From assembly GCA_965225085.1 (NCBI GenBank), contig CBDDBE010000001.1:129641-193640 (forward strand): a DNA stretch of 64,000 nucleotides. Direction: 5' to 3'. Every line of letters starts with the position of its first letter. Position 1 is the first letter of the stretch. Both the position numbers and the translations under genes were made by a program. This document shows, one piece after another, positions 35,099 to 43,297 of this stretch. The notes beneath the pieces were generated by a model. It searched no databases, was not told the origin of the DNA, and was given only the letters and a program-made list of their open reading frames with translations. The stretch is from an uncultured Candidatus Saccharibacteria bacterium (GTDB lineage: Bacteria; Patescibacteriota; Saccharimonadia; Saccharimonadales; EFPC-124).

Positions 35099-35632
35099 TC
35101 ACTCCTCGTCGTGGTTGGCGAACTTCCCCGTTCGAACTGCGAAGAACTGTAGGGGCATCCTATAGCGCCTCGCGTTATTCACGACTTCGATAAATCGAGC
35201 CACGCTCGGGTTGGCTATCGCGTAGAAAAGCTGCGAGTAACCGGAAGACTTCCAACACATGACGAGCATTTCGCCGTTGTCGAGTCGAATCTGTAGCCGA
35301 GGTAGCCCATCGATATCGTCGCCCGCCTCATCACGCCCCGCCAGCAACCGAATCAGTCGATCAGTGATTGCGAGGAGCACCGTGGTTTTATCGGCGTACA
35401 TTTCCTTCGCGCGTTGTTCGCGACACTCCTCAGGGTGCTTCAAGATCTCGGCCCCGAGCGCTTTCACGAAGATAGCTTCGAGTTGCTCGGCGGTCAGAAT
35501 GCGCCCGCCGTATGCGGCCGCCATAGCCCGGCACAGCGTATTACTGTCTGGACCCATGCTATACGCGACCATCGGGTGCCCCTGCAACAGTTCATCGGAG
35601 GTAAGAACTCTGTAGCCCCCAGCTGCCGGCAT
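35099..35632 (-). CDS. GC-rich orphan protein
   Basis: 177-aa clean ORF. Hand count 38/60 GC at 35281-35340. No recognisable motif. Confidence 0.55.
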   Translation of the reverse strand: MPAAGGYRVLTSDELLQGHPMVAYSMGPDSNTLCRAMAAAYGGRILTAEQLEAIFVKALGAEILKHPEECREQRAKEMYADKTTVLLAITDRLIRLLAGRDEAGDDIDGLPRLQIRLDNGEMLVMCWKSSGYSQLFYAIANPSVARFIEVVNNARRYRMPLQFFAVRTGKFANHDEE

Positions 35633-35796
35633 CGTAAAGCCCTTCTACAGTGCAGCCACGTGTTTGGCTGGCGCAAAACAGATGACCCGCGCACCTGCTT
35701 AGCGCCCGCCAAATACGAAGCATTTTATACCATGCCAGACAATTATTATTCTAGCAAAAGTCTACAGTCGCTGCCATCCTACTCACGCTATAGCAT

Positions 35797-36783
35797 CTAC
35801 GAATTCATAAATTTTCGCCTAAGCGCCAATGACATATAGCCAACGCCCATAATCGCCAGCCCAGCTAGTACTAGCGTAAGCGGCCAACTGAGGCTACTAG
35901 CAAAATACTCGGACGTGACCTTCAGCACGTATAGCATCAGAAAAACCGTGCTCCAGGTCAAAACAGCCCGACTCTTCACATGGACACTCAGGAACAACCC
36001 ACCAAACACAAAGGCAGGATATATCAATTCCCATACAACGCTCTGTTCAGGCCTCCAGCCACCCAGGGCAAACGCCGCGCCCAGCAGCCCCAACACGCCA
36101 GTACCGTACAAAAAACCATGCAGTGAAGCACGCGGTCCTTTAGCAAAAAGATACCCAAGCAACATATACACCAGCCCAGCTATCAGCAAACGATACTCAT
36201 AGAATTTTGCTTCATCAACGTGCATCGTGGTGCTCGTAACCACCCATCCCGTTAGGCTAAAGTACAGCCACGTCCCAAACAGAATGCTAAACAGCACAAA
36301 AATATTCTTTCGCAAAACCCAGAACGACAGCACGTATGTAATGAACATGATGCCCGCCATAAGACTCTGCACCCCGGGGCTCCCCACGTCGTAGCCGGCG
36401 TTGCTCCAGAGAACGCCGAGTCCAATTGGCGTCACAAGTGCAGATATGAGGTAAAAGGCAGGGGCAGCCGTCTCGGTTCGCGTATCCCGACCCAGCAACA
36501 AACCAGCAAAATATGCTGCGATCCCCGCGCCTAGCGTCGCAAGCACCTTTGTGCTAAATTCAAGTGTCAACCAATTCTGTGTTAGTAAAATGGCAATGCC
36601 CAGAAAAATAACGCCACCACCAATGTAATACAGTAGTTCCGACGCGCCGAGTCTCTTATTGCCATCCGGTTTAATGCTATTTTTTCCGTCAAACGCAGCG
36701 ACCAGCTCGTCCTTCGTCAAAACCTCATGCTGGCCCAAAGTCCGTACGTACTCAAGTGCTTCTTTTTTGTTTGGAGTTGTCAT
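35797..36783 (-). CDS. Polytopic membrane protein (DUF2157-like layout)
   Basis: 328 aa. Soluble ~45-aa N-terminus then ~9 TM helices. Its start is 2 nt downstream of the upstream gene's stop. Confidence 0.55.
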   Translation of the reverse strand: MTTPNKKEALEYVRTLGQHEVLTKDELVAAFDGKNSIKPDGNKRLGASELLYYIGGGVIFLGIAILLTQNWLTLEFSTKVLATLGAGIAAYFAGLLLGRDTRTETAAPAFYLISALVTPIGLGVLWSNAGYDVGSPGVQSLMAGIMFITYVLSFWVLRKNIFVLFSILFGTWLYFSLTGWVVTSTTMHVDEAKFYEYRLLIAGLVYMLLGYLFAKGPRASLHGFLYGTGVLGLLGAAFALGGWRPEQSVVWELIYPAFVFGGLFLSVHVKSRAVLTWSTVFLMLYVLKVTSEYFASSLSWPLTLVLAGLAIMGVGYMSLALRRKFMNS

Positions 36784-36784
36784 A

Positions 36785-37297
36785 CTACTTCTTTACCCAT
36801 CCCACAAAGCTAAAGTTGTTATCATACGAATTCGCACTTGTTTGTAAGTTCAATTTAATACTCATGTTGTGACCCTTTAGATAGCGTGCGTTATAGTCGT
36901 CCCCTGACTGGAAAAAGAATGGCAACGTAGGCCTGTCCTGGCCGTACGTCAACACGAAACCATCTGGTGAAGTCAAGCTCGAATCCAAACTAAGGCCCTG
37001 AGCGTCCAAAAACGTGAGATCACGACTAGCCTTCCTAGCCACATCATAGACGTGCAACGTTGGTTCGGTATACGGCGGATTGAAGTAATTGTTACCCAGG
37101 GATTCCAGCGTTTGCTTTACGAGCTTCCCATTCTCTACTTTGTATGGTTGACGATTATAGTAATCCCCTCCCAACACATACACAAAATCGTACCGAGGCT
37201 TGGTAGAAAGTTGCGGCAGATAAATACTAGCCACTACGAGCGCCGTCATCAACAGCGGAATCATCGCGCCCAAAATCAAGGATGCGTTCTTCTTCAT
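36785..37297 (-). CDS. Membrane-anchored extracytoplasmic protein (hypothetical)
   Basis: 170 aa. N-terminal TM (LILGAMIPLLMTALVVASIYL). ..VLGGDYYNRQPYKV.. is only loosely GDYXXLXY-like. Co-oriented and abutting 35797..36783. Confidence 0.5.
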   Translation of the reverse strand: MKKNASLILGAMIPLLMTALVVASIYLPQLSTKPRYDFVYVLGGDYYNRQPYKVENGKLVKQTLESLGNNYFNPPYTEPTLHVYDVARKASRDLTFLDAQGLSLDSSLTSPDGFVLTYGQDRPTLPFFFQSGDDYNARYLKGHNMSIKLNLQTSANSYDNNFSFVGWVKK

Positions 37298-37344
37298 GGC
37301 CCTATCCTACGCCAAGTTGCCTACTCGTGCAAATCATAAATTCA

Positions 37345-37419
37345 TGGTGCGGGATGCCGGAATCGAACCGGCAGCTCCAGCTTGGAAGGCTAGCATATTG
37401 GCCGTTATACTAATCCCGC
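37345..37419 (-). tRNA. tRNA-Gly (anticodon TCC)
   Basis: 75 nt on the reverse complement: acceptor gcgggat/atcccgc, anticodon stem ctagc/gctgg, loop ctTCCaa, T-arm gccgg-ttcgatt-ccggc, CCA encoded. Confidence 0.9.
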
Positions 37420-37500
37420 GTGTCTACCCCCGTTATTCTAGCACATCGTCCCGAAAATATCATGTATACTTAGAGATGACTAAACAGGTTACTTGACGAC

Positions 37501-39381
37501 ATGAAACGACTGCTGCCATTTGTCCGGGAATATCCGATATTTATGCTAATCGCTATCGCGATGGTTATAAGTTTTGCACTCCAACTGAGCCATGTACAGA
37601 CAGCAGCAAATTGGCTGCTGATTGGCGTGGCGATTGTCGCCGTGGTGCAGATTGTTATCGAAATGGCAAAGACCGTGCGTGAAGGCGGCATCGGGCTGGA
37701 TGTCCTGGCATTAACGGCTATTATTGTCGGTGTGCTGTTGCACGAATATTGGGCTGCCGTCGTGATCGCACTAATGTTGACTGGCGGCGAAGCCCTCGAG
37801 GACTATGCTGAACGTCGGGCAACACACGAGCTGACAGGACTGCTCGAGCGCGCACCAAAGCAAGCTCACGTCCTGGCAAAAGGGAAAACAATCGACAAGC
37901 CTGTCACAGTCGTAGCGGTTGGCGATCATCTGCTGGTAAAACCCGGCGAGGTTATACCTGTCGACGGCACACTTATCAAAGGGACAACCAGCATCGACGA
38001 GTCCAGTCTAACGGGCGAGAGCCTACCGGTCGTCAAAAAGCCAGGCGACAGCGTGCTATCCGGAGCAATCAACACCGACACCGCCATCACTATCGAAGCC
38101 CTGCACACCAGCGACGACAGCCAATATGCGCAGATAATCAAGCTCGTCCAGGAGGCAACAACCGCCAAGTCGCCCTTTGTTCGATTAGCCGATCGATATA
38201 GCCTGCCCTTTACGGCGATCTCGTACGCTATTGCGTTTACGGCCTGGGCAATCTCGGGCGATGTGTTGCGATTCCTCGAGGTTATCGTCGTCGCCACGCC
38301 GTGCCCGCTGCTGATTGGCGCGCCAGTCGCGATCATATCCGGCATGAGCCGCGCTGCCAAACACGGTATCATCATCAAAAATGGTTCGAGCTTGGAACGG
38401 TTGGCGGCCATTCGAAGCATTGCCTTCGACAAGACCGGCACGCTTACCAAAGGCGAGCCCGAGCTTGAATCGATCGAAGCCTATGACGATCTAGATGCCG
38501 ATGCTCTGCTTGGTCTGGCTGCAGCTATCGAGGCTAACTCCGCACACGTTCTGGCTATTGCCGTTACATCTGCCGCCGATGAGCGTGGCGTTAAGCCTGC
38601 CCGCGTTAAGGGCGTGCATGAAGAGCCAGGCCTTGGCCTCCGTGCCCAGTGGCAGGACAAACAGGTTCTACTAGGGCGATATGATTTTCTGACTGATCAA
38701 CACGCGGCCTTCCCCGACGAGCACAACCCCAAGCACGATCGCACGACGACGTATATAGCCATTGACGGCAAGGTTGTTGGCGCCCTTCACTTTACCGATG
38801 CCGTACGTGCTGAAGCCCAAGAGACAATCAGCCAACTGCACGAAACGGGCATCGGCCATATCCTCATGCTGACCGGCGACAACCAAGCAGTCGCCCGCTC
38901 TATTGCCGCCCAGGTGGGCATTTCAGAGGTATCCGCCGGCTTGCTCCCCAAGGATAAAGTGCTAGAGCTCAAAAACATCGATCCTAGCTACCACCCGACC
39001 GGCATGGTGGGTGACGGCGTGAATGATGCGCCAGTTCTCGCCGCCAGCGATGTCGGCATTGCCCTCGGCGCGCGTGGCTCGACCGCCGCCAGCGAATCGG
39101 CCGATGTGGTCATACTGCTAAACGACCTCAGTAAAGTCGCCCAAGCGGTGCGCATTGCCAAAAATACCATTCGTATTGGGCTGCAAAGTATTTGGATGGG
39201 GATTGGCATTAGCGTAGGCATGATGCTTGTCTTCGCGACAGGGCGTTTCCCGGCGGTGCTTGGCGCTGCGCTCCAGGAGCTCGTGGATGTCGTCGTAATC
39301 ATCAATGCGCTACGAGCGCATGGCGGCCTCGCGCAGACGCTATTTGCCAAAACGCGACGCGCAGGGACGCTAACGAAGTAG
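37501..39381 (+). CDS. Heavy-metal P1B-type ATPase without N-terminal metal-binding domain (P1B-4-like)
   Basis: 626 aa. ..SLTGES.., ..DKTGTLT.., ..MLTGDN.., ..GDGVNDAP.. . The TM metal motif reads ..VVATPCPLL.. (TPC where CPC/SPC is expected). Starts directly with TM helices. Confidence 0.85.
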   Translation: MKRLLPFVREYPIFMLIAIAMVISFALQLSHVQTAANWLLIGVAIVAVVQIVIEMAKTVREGGIGLDVLALTAIIVGVLLHEYWAAVVIALMLTGGEALEDYAERRATHELTGLLERAPKQAHVLAKGKTIDKPVTVVAVGDHLLVKPGEVIPVDGTLIKGTTSIDESSLTGESLPVVKKPGDSVLSGAINTDTAITIEALHTSDDSQYAQIIKLVQEATTAKSPFVRLADRYSLPFTAISYAIAFTAWAISGDVLRFLEVIVVATPCPLLIGAPVAIISGMSRAAKHGIIIKNGSSLERLAAIRSIAFDKTGTLTKGEPELESIEAYDDLDADALLGLAAAIEANSAHVLAIAVTSAADERGVKPARVKGVHEEPGLGLRAQWQDKQVLLGRYDFLTDQHAAFPDEHNPKHDRTTTYIAIDGKVVGALHFTDAVRAEAQETISQLHETGIGHILMLTGDNQAVARSIAAQVGISEVSAGLLPKDKVLELKNIDPSYHPTGMVGDGVNDAPVLAASDVGIALGARGSTAASESADVVILLNDLSKVAQAVRIAKNTIRIGLQSIWMGIGISVGMMLVFATGRFPAVLGAALQELVDVVVIINALRAHGGLAQTLFAKTRRAGTLTK

Positions 39382-39453
39382 GTCTAGAATCGCAAAACCA
39401 CTATCCCTAGCGTATAATCTATGTGTCCGCCCAACCCCTGCAAGGAGATTGCT

Positions 39454-39717
39454 ATGCCCGAAGGACACAACATCAAAGCGGCGCGGTATATAGTAGCTGC
39501 TACAAAAAATGGTAGACTTGTCTTCACCGCGCCTAATCTCAACCGAGATGGAGGAATAAATCTCACAAGGGCACGTGAGTTTCTGAAAGTGTGGGCGGCG
39601 CTAGGGTGGCTTACGGTCAGCCAGGTGGACCCAATCGCAATTGTCGAATATACGATCACGCCCGCTGGCATACTCGGCCTTGAGGCCCTCATCAAACGTT
39701 ACGGAACTGCCCCGTAG
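39454..39717 (+). CDS. Small hypothetical protein
   Basis: TATAAT at 39411-39416 makes the track start (39421) unlikely. ATG 39454 follows aaggag. 87 aa. Confidence 0.45.
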   Translation: MPEGHNIKAARYIVAATKNGRLVFTAPNLNRDGGINLTRAREFLKVWAALGWLTVSQVDPIAIVEYTITPAGILGLEALIKRYGTAP

Positions 39718-39768
39718 CTCCAAATGCCCTGCTCTCGTGAAATAGGGCGGGGCAACAATACTCTCCTT

Positions 39769-42171
39769 TTAGCGTAGAGCAGCCTCTACATCCGCCGCGG
39801 TTATATCTACCACGCTGCCGGGCATAACTTCGCCCGTGAGCATACGCCTTGCCAAAATATCCTCGATGCTACGCTGCGCTACCCGACGCATAGGGCGGGC
39901 GCCTAGTCGCGGGTCATAACCGGCTACGACCAGCATCTTCTTGGCTTCGTCAGCGACGTGCACGGTAATCTTTTGTGAGGCCAATGTTGTATTAATGCTA
40001 GCAATTATGAGGTCAACTACCTGCAGCAGTTCACCGGGTTCGAGCGGCCTGAACACCACCGTCTCGTCAAACCGGTTAAGGAATTCGGGTTTGAACTGCC
40101 CAGAATCTATTAGTTCACTCACAAACTTCTGCTCGAATTGCTCGGGCTTCCAGCCAGCCTCGATGTACTGACGGATGCGATCAGCGCCAGCGTTACTGGT
40201 GGCGATCACAATTGCATCCCGGAAGCTAACCACGCGGTTGTGTTCATCGCGCAGAATGCCTTCATCGAGGAGCTGTAGCAGAGTGTTCAAAACGTTCGGA
40301 TGGGCTTTCTCGATTTCGTCCAGCAGCACTACGCTGAATGGCTGCTTGGTGATCTGTGCCGACAAGCTCCCTTGGTCGTGCGCGCCATCGGCAATTAACC
40401 GCGACACATCCTCGGGCCGGGAATACTCGTTCATGTCGAGGCGAATCAAGTGGTCCTCGCCGCCAAAGTACGCTGCCGAGAGCGCCTTGCTCAGCTCGGT
40501 CTTGCCCACTCCTGTCGGACCGAGGAATAGGAAGGTACCAATGGGACGATTCTGGTTGCGCACACCGGCTCGTGCCCGCCTAAGTGCATTACTCACGACG
40601 CTCACTGCGCGGGTCTGGTTAATCATACGCTGATGGATCAACTGCTCTAAGTTCAAAAGCTTCTCCCGCTCGTCGGCGGCATTGGCCCGACCCAGCCGAA
40701 CACCGTAGCCTTTTTCGACCGCTTGCTGCACCGACGCTTCCGTCACCAGCCCGCTATTCGCATGCCGTGCGGCAGCCTCCAGCACGCCAATCGCCTGGCC
40801 CGGCATTGCCTGGTCCTGAACGTAGCGTTCGCCGAGCCTATATGCCTCCAGCAGCGCTTGGTACATATACGTCACTTTGCTATGGAATTCCATCAGGAGA
40901 AGTTGATCCTCTAGGACCAGTAAGGCGTCTTCCTTGCCCAGTGGCGGCACGCTGATTCGATTCATATGCTGAAGTAACGCCGGATTGGCCTGTCCCAGTT
41001 GCAGCCACTGTTGTTCGTCCATCGCCATAATAACTCGTAGGCCACTGCCGTCCAGAATCGGAAGCAAAATATTACTGAGGTCAACCGATCCGGTTCCGTC
41101 CTGCAGGAACAGTTGTGCATCATCCAGGAAGACCACGACGTTTTTGGCATTCAGCGCCTCGGCAAATATGCGCTGCACCAGATTCTCCAGATCACCCCGG
41201 CCATGTGCCTGCGCGATAAGCCTGGTGGGGTCGATCGCCATAACCTGACTATACCGCAAGCCAGCAGGTACATCGGGGGTTGGGTTGATAAACCGCTCGG
41301 CCAGCGCATACACCAAGGTAGTCTTGCCCACGCCCGTTGACCCAACCAACGCTGCGTTTTGCTTGCCACCATTCGAGAGCAGGCTCGCCATCTGGCCTAG
41401 TATTTCCTGATGCCCTTCGATATCCCGCGTGAGTAGTCCCCCGGCCACGCTTTCCGAAACATTCAACGCAAAATGGCTAAGAAGTGGTGTATAGCCAAAT
41501 GCCCAATCCCGACCAATGCCGCCTGTCGGCTTTCTGGTTGCGTGCGCTCGGACAACATGCTGGATGTGCTGATACCAGCCGAGTCCAGCCTCGATGTCCT
41601 CCATACCCAGCTGCAAGCGCGCCAACAGCTGGTCACGCTCGGGAATTTGCTCGATCAACGCCGTGAATATGATAGCTGCATCGATGCTTGGAGCCTGATA
41701 CTTTTGCTGCAGCTCCAGGGCTCGCTTCCATAGTATGCTCATATCATCGGGTACATGACCGCTCATCTCGGTTAAAAAGTTTGGCCCCACGCCAAACCGC
41801 GCCGCAAAAAATAACCCGCCACTCAATCCCATCACGACTTCAGCGAGCTCGCGAGGTGAGGGCTTCGAGCTCAAACGCCCCAGCAGGTCGCTTTTGAGTT
41901 GGCCATCCATGGTCGGTTCGGCCTGGTGACCGATCGGAATATCAGCCAGCTCATATCGATGCCATAGCAGAACCATCAGTGGCCACAACGAAAATGCTGC
42001 GATAATCGCACCCGCTGGCAGCCTGGCGGCAAACACCATCCCTGCCCCAACCAGGAATATCAGGAGAACCGCGGCCATTACCGCATACCGCGGCAGTCGC
42101 CCGCCCAGGAGCACCCCTAGCCGTGCTTTACGTGCCCGCGGCGAATCGTATCGAAAAATCTGTTCACTCAT
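39769..42171 (-). CDS. Membrane-anchored double-AAA+ Clp/Hsp100-like ATPase
   Basis: ATG 42171 (MSEQIF..) overlaps the upstream stop (ATGA). Two N-terminal TM helices and a Clp_N-like segment. D1 has GSTGVGKTT plus VVVFLDDAQ. D2 has GPTGVGKTE plus VVLLDEIEKAH. No M-domain and no IG[FL] ClpP loop seen. Confidence 0.8.
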   Translation of the reverse strand: MSEQIFRYDSPRARKARLGVLLGGRLPRYAVMAAVLLIFLVGAGMVFAARLPAGAIIAAFSLWPLMVLLWHRYELADIPIGHQAEPTMDGQLKSDLLGRLSSKPSPRELAEVVMGLSGGLFFAARFGVGPNFLTEMSGHVPDDMSILWKRALELQQKYQAPSIDAAIIFTALIEQIPERDQLLARLQLGMEDIEAGLGWYQHIQHVVRAHATRKPTGGIGRDWAFGYTPLLSHFALNVSESVAGGLLTRDIEGHQEILGQMASLLSNGGKQNAALVGSTGVGKTTLVYALAERFINPTPDVPAGLRYSQVMAIDPTRLIAQAHGRGDLENLVQRIFAEALNAKNVVVFLDDAQLFLQDGTGSVDLSNILLPILDGSGLRVIMAMDEQQWLQLGQANPALLQHMNRISVPPLGKEDALLVLEDQLLLMEFHSKVTYMYQALLEAYRLGERYVQDQAMPGQAIGVLEAAARHANSGLVTEASVQQAVEKGYGVRLGRANAADEREKLLNLEQLIHQRMINQTRAVSVVSNALRRARAGVRNQNRPIGTFLFLGPTGVGKTELSKALSAAYFGGEDHLIRLDMNEYSRPEDVSRLIADGAHDQGSLSAQITKQPFSVVLLDEIEKAHPNVLNTLLQLLDEGILRDEHNRVVSFRDAIVIATSNAGADRIRQYIEAGWKPEQFEQKFVSELIDSGQFKPEFLNRFDETVVFRPLEPGELLQVVDLIIASINTTLASQKITVHVADEAKKMLVVAGYDPRLGARPMRRVAQRSIEDILARRMLTGEVMPGSVVDITAADVEAALR

Positions 42172-42539
42172 TGCTGCAACCCCGTCACAACAAACACCAC
42201 GACCAGCGGCATCACCGGCACAAACGGCCACAGCGCCAACAGCGCCGCAGCCACAATTGCCATCAGTAGCGTTGCAACCAAACCAAACAGTATCACGGCC
42301 AACCGCACCATGGCGCCGATCCCTCTAGAGATTTGTCGATCAGCCCAGGCACGCATCTGCGTATCCAACGAACCGCGTACTTTGCCCGCGGAGATCTGCC
42401 GAAATGGCGCAAATAGGCTCCCTGCCAGCATCCCGACCGAAAAGAACTCTAGTACGCCAGCAACGCGCAGCACCGAGCGACGCGCCAACTGGGCCCACCC
42501 AGCGGTGTACCACCACGACAGAAGTGAGACAACAAGCAT
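42168..42539 (-). CDS. Small polytopic membrane protein translationally coupled to the AAA+ gene
   Basis: 123 aa with 3-4 TM helices. Its TGA stop overlaps the ATG of 39769..42171. Confidence 0.6.
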   Translation of the reverse strand: MLVVSLLSWWYTAGWAQLARRSVLRVAGVLEFFSVGMLAGSLFAPFRQISAGKVRGSLDTQMRAWADRQISRGIGAMVRLAVILFGLVATLLMAIVAAALLALWPFVPVMPLVVVFVVTGLQQ

Positions 42540-42622
42540 ATGTTTATTGTAGCATTAGCCGAACCAAAGATAAGACTGGCTGTTGTATACTATACTAATC
42601 CGCACCTTAGAATAGAGAAGCC

Positions 42623-42868
42623 ATGAAAGCAGATTTCAATTCGGTCGCAACCCCGAATCTGATGGGGCTGGCGCGCAGAGCGTGCGAACGCTACAAGCAA
42701 AACATCGACAACGCGAAGTTCATGACGAAGAAAGAAAAAACCAGACGAAAGCAAGAATTCGAGAGAACGATGCTGGGGTTGGAAGCTAAATTTGCCGAGT
42801 TTCAGCTTGGGCTCTTCCCGGAGGCGGATATGCGGAGCCTCCTGATGACGTTTCTGGGGACAGACTAG
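42623..42868 (+). CDS. Small helical basic protein (hypothetical)
   Basis: 81-aa ORF rich in K/R/E (..KEKTRRKQEFERTMLGLEAKFAEF..). Confidence 0.45.
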   Translation: MKADFNSVATPNLMGLARRACERYKQNIDNAKFMTKKEKTRRKQEFERTMLGLEAKFAEFQLGLFPEADMRSLLMTFLGTD

Positions 42869-42967
42869 TCATAGCCGCGCTCCAAGATGGTTGACCTTGG
42901 TGTCGATCGAAATTGTGCTATGATACCGATGATCTCACGAGAGTAGATCATCATCCTAGGAGACAGC

Positions 42968-43237
42968 ATGGGAACAACCGGCTCGGATTTCAGTGGTGTG
43001 CCAACCCCATCCCTGGTCAATCGCCTGATCCGTCGGATCGATGCCGCCATCGAACACTACTCAGCCCGAAGCGGCCCGCAAGGAATACTAGCCAAAAGAA
43101 AGCTGAAAGATCTGCGTCGGCGCCGGGAAGAGATCCTGACCGAGCACGAACAAGTCGTAAAAAACCCGAGCCTGGAACCCGCATTTCGTTCTAAGCTTGG
43201 AGGATATCTCACGATAGAGTTGGTGCGCGGCCGCTAG
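42968..43237 (+). CDS. Small helical basic protein (hypothetical)
   Basis: 89 aa. aggag SD. 5' region carries the 8-bp inverted repeat gatgatct/agatcatc. Strong terminator downstream. Confidence 0.5.
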   Translation: MGTTGSDFSGVPTPSLVNRLIRRIDAAIEHYSARSGPQGILAKRKLKDLRRRREEILTEHEQVVKNPSLEPAFRSKLGGYLTIELVRGR

Positions 43238-43246
43238 CCTGGCGAT

Positions 43247-43279
43247 TGCCCGCAGTTGCGCTCAAAGCAACTGCGGGCA
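43247..43279. terminator. Bidirectional terminator hairpin
   Basis: Perfect 13-bp stem tgcccgcagttgc / gcaactgcgggca with a 7-nt loop, between convergent genes. Confidence 0.75.
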
Positions 43280-43297
43280 TCTTACTTTATCTCGTAG

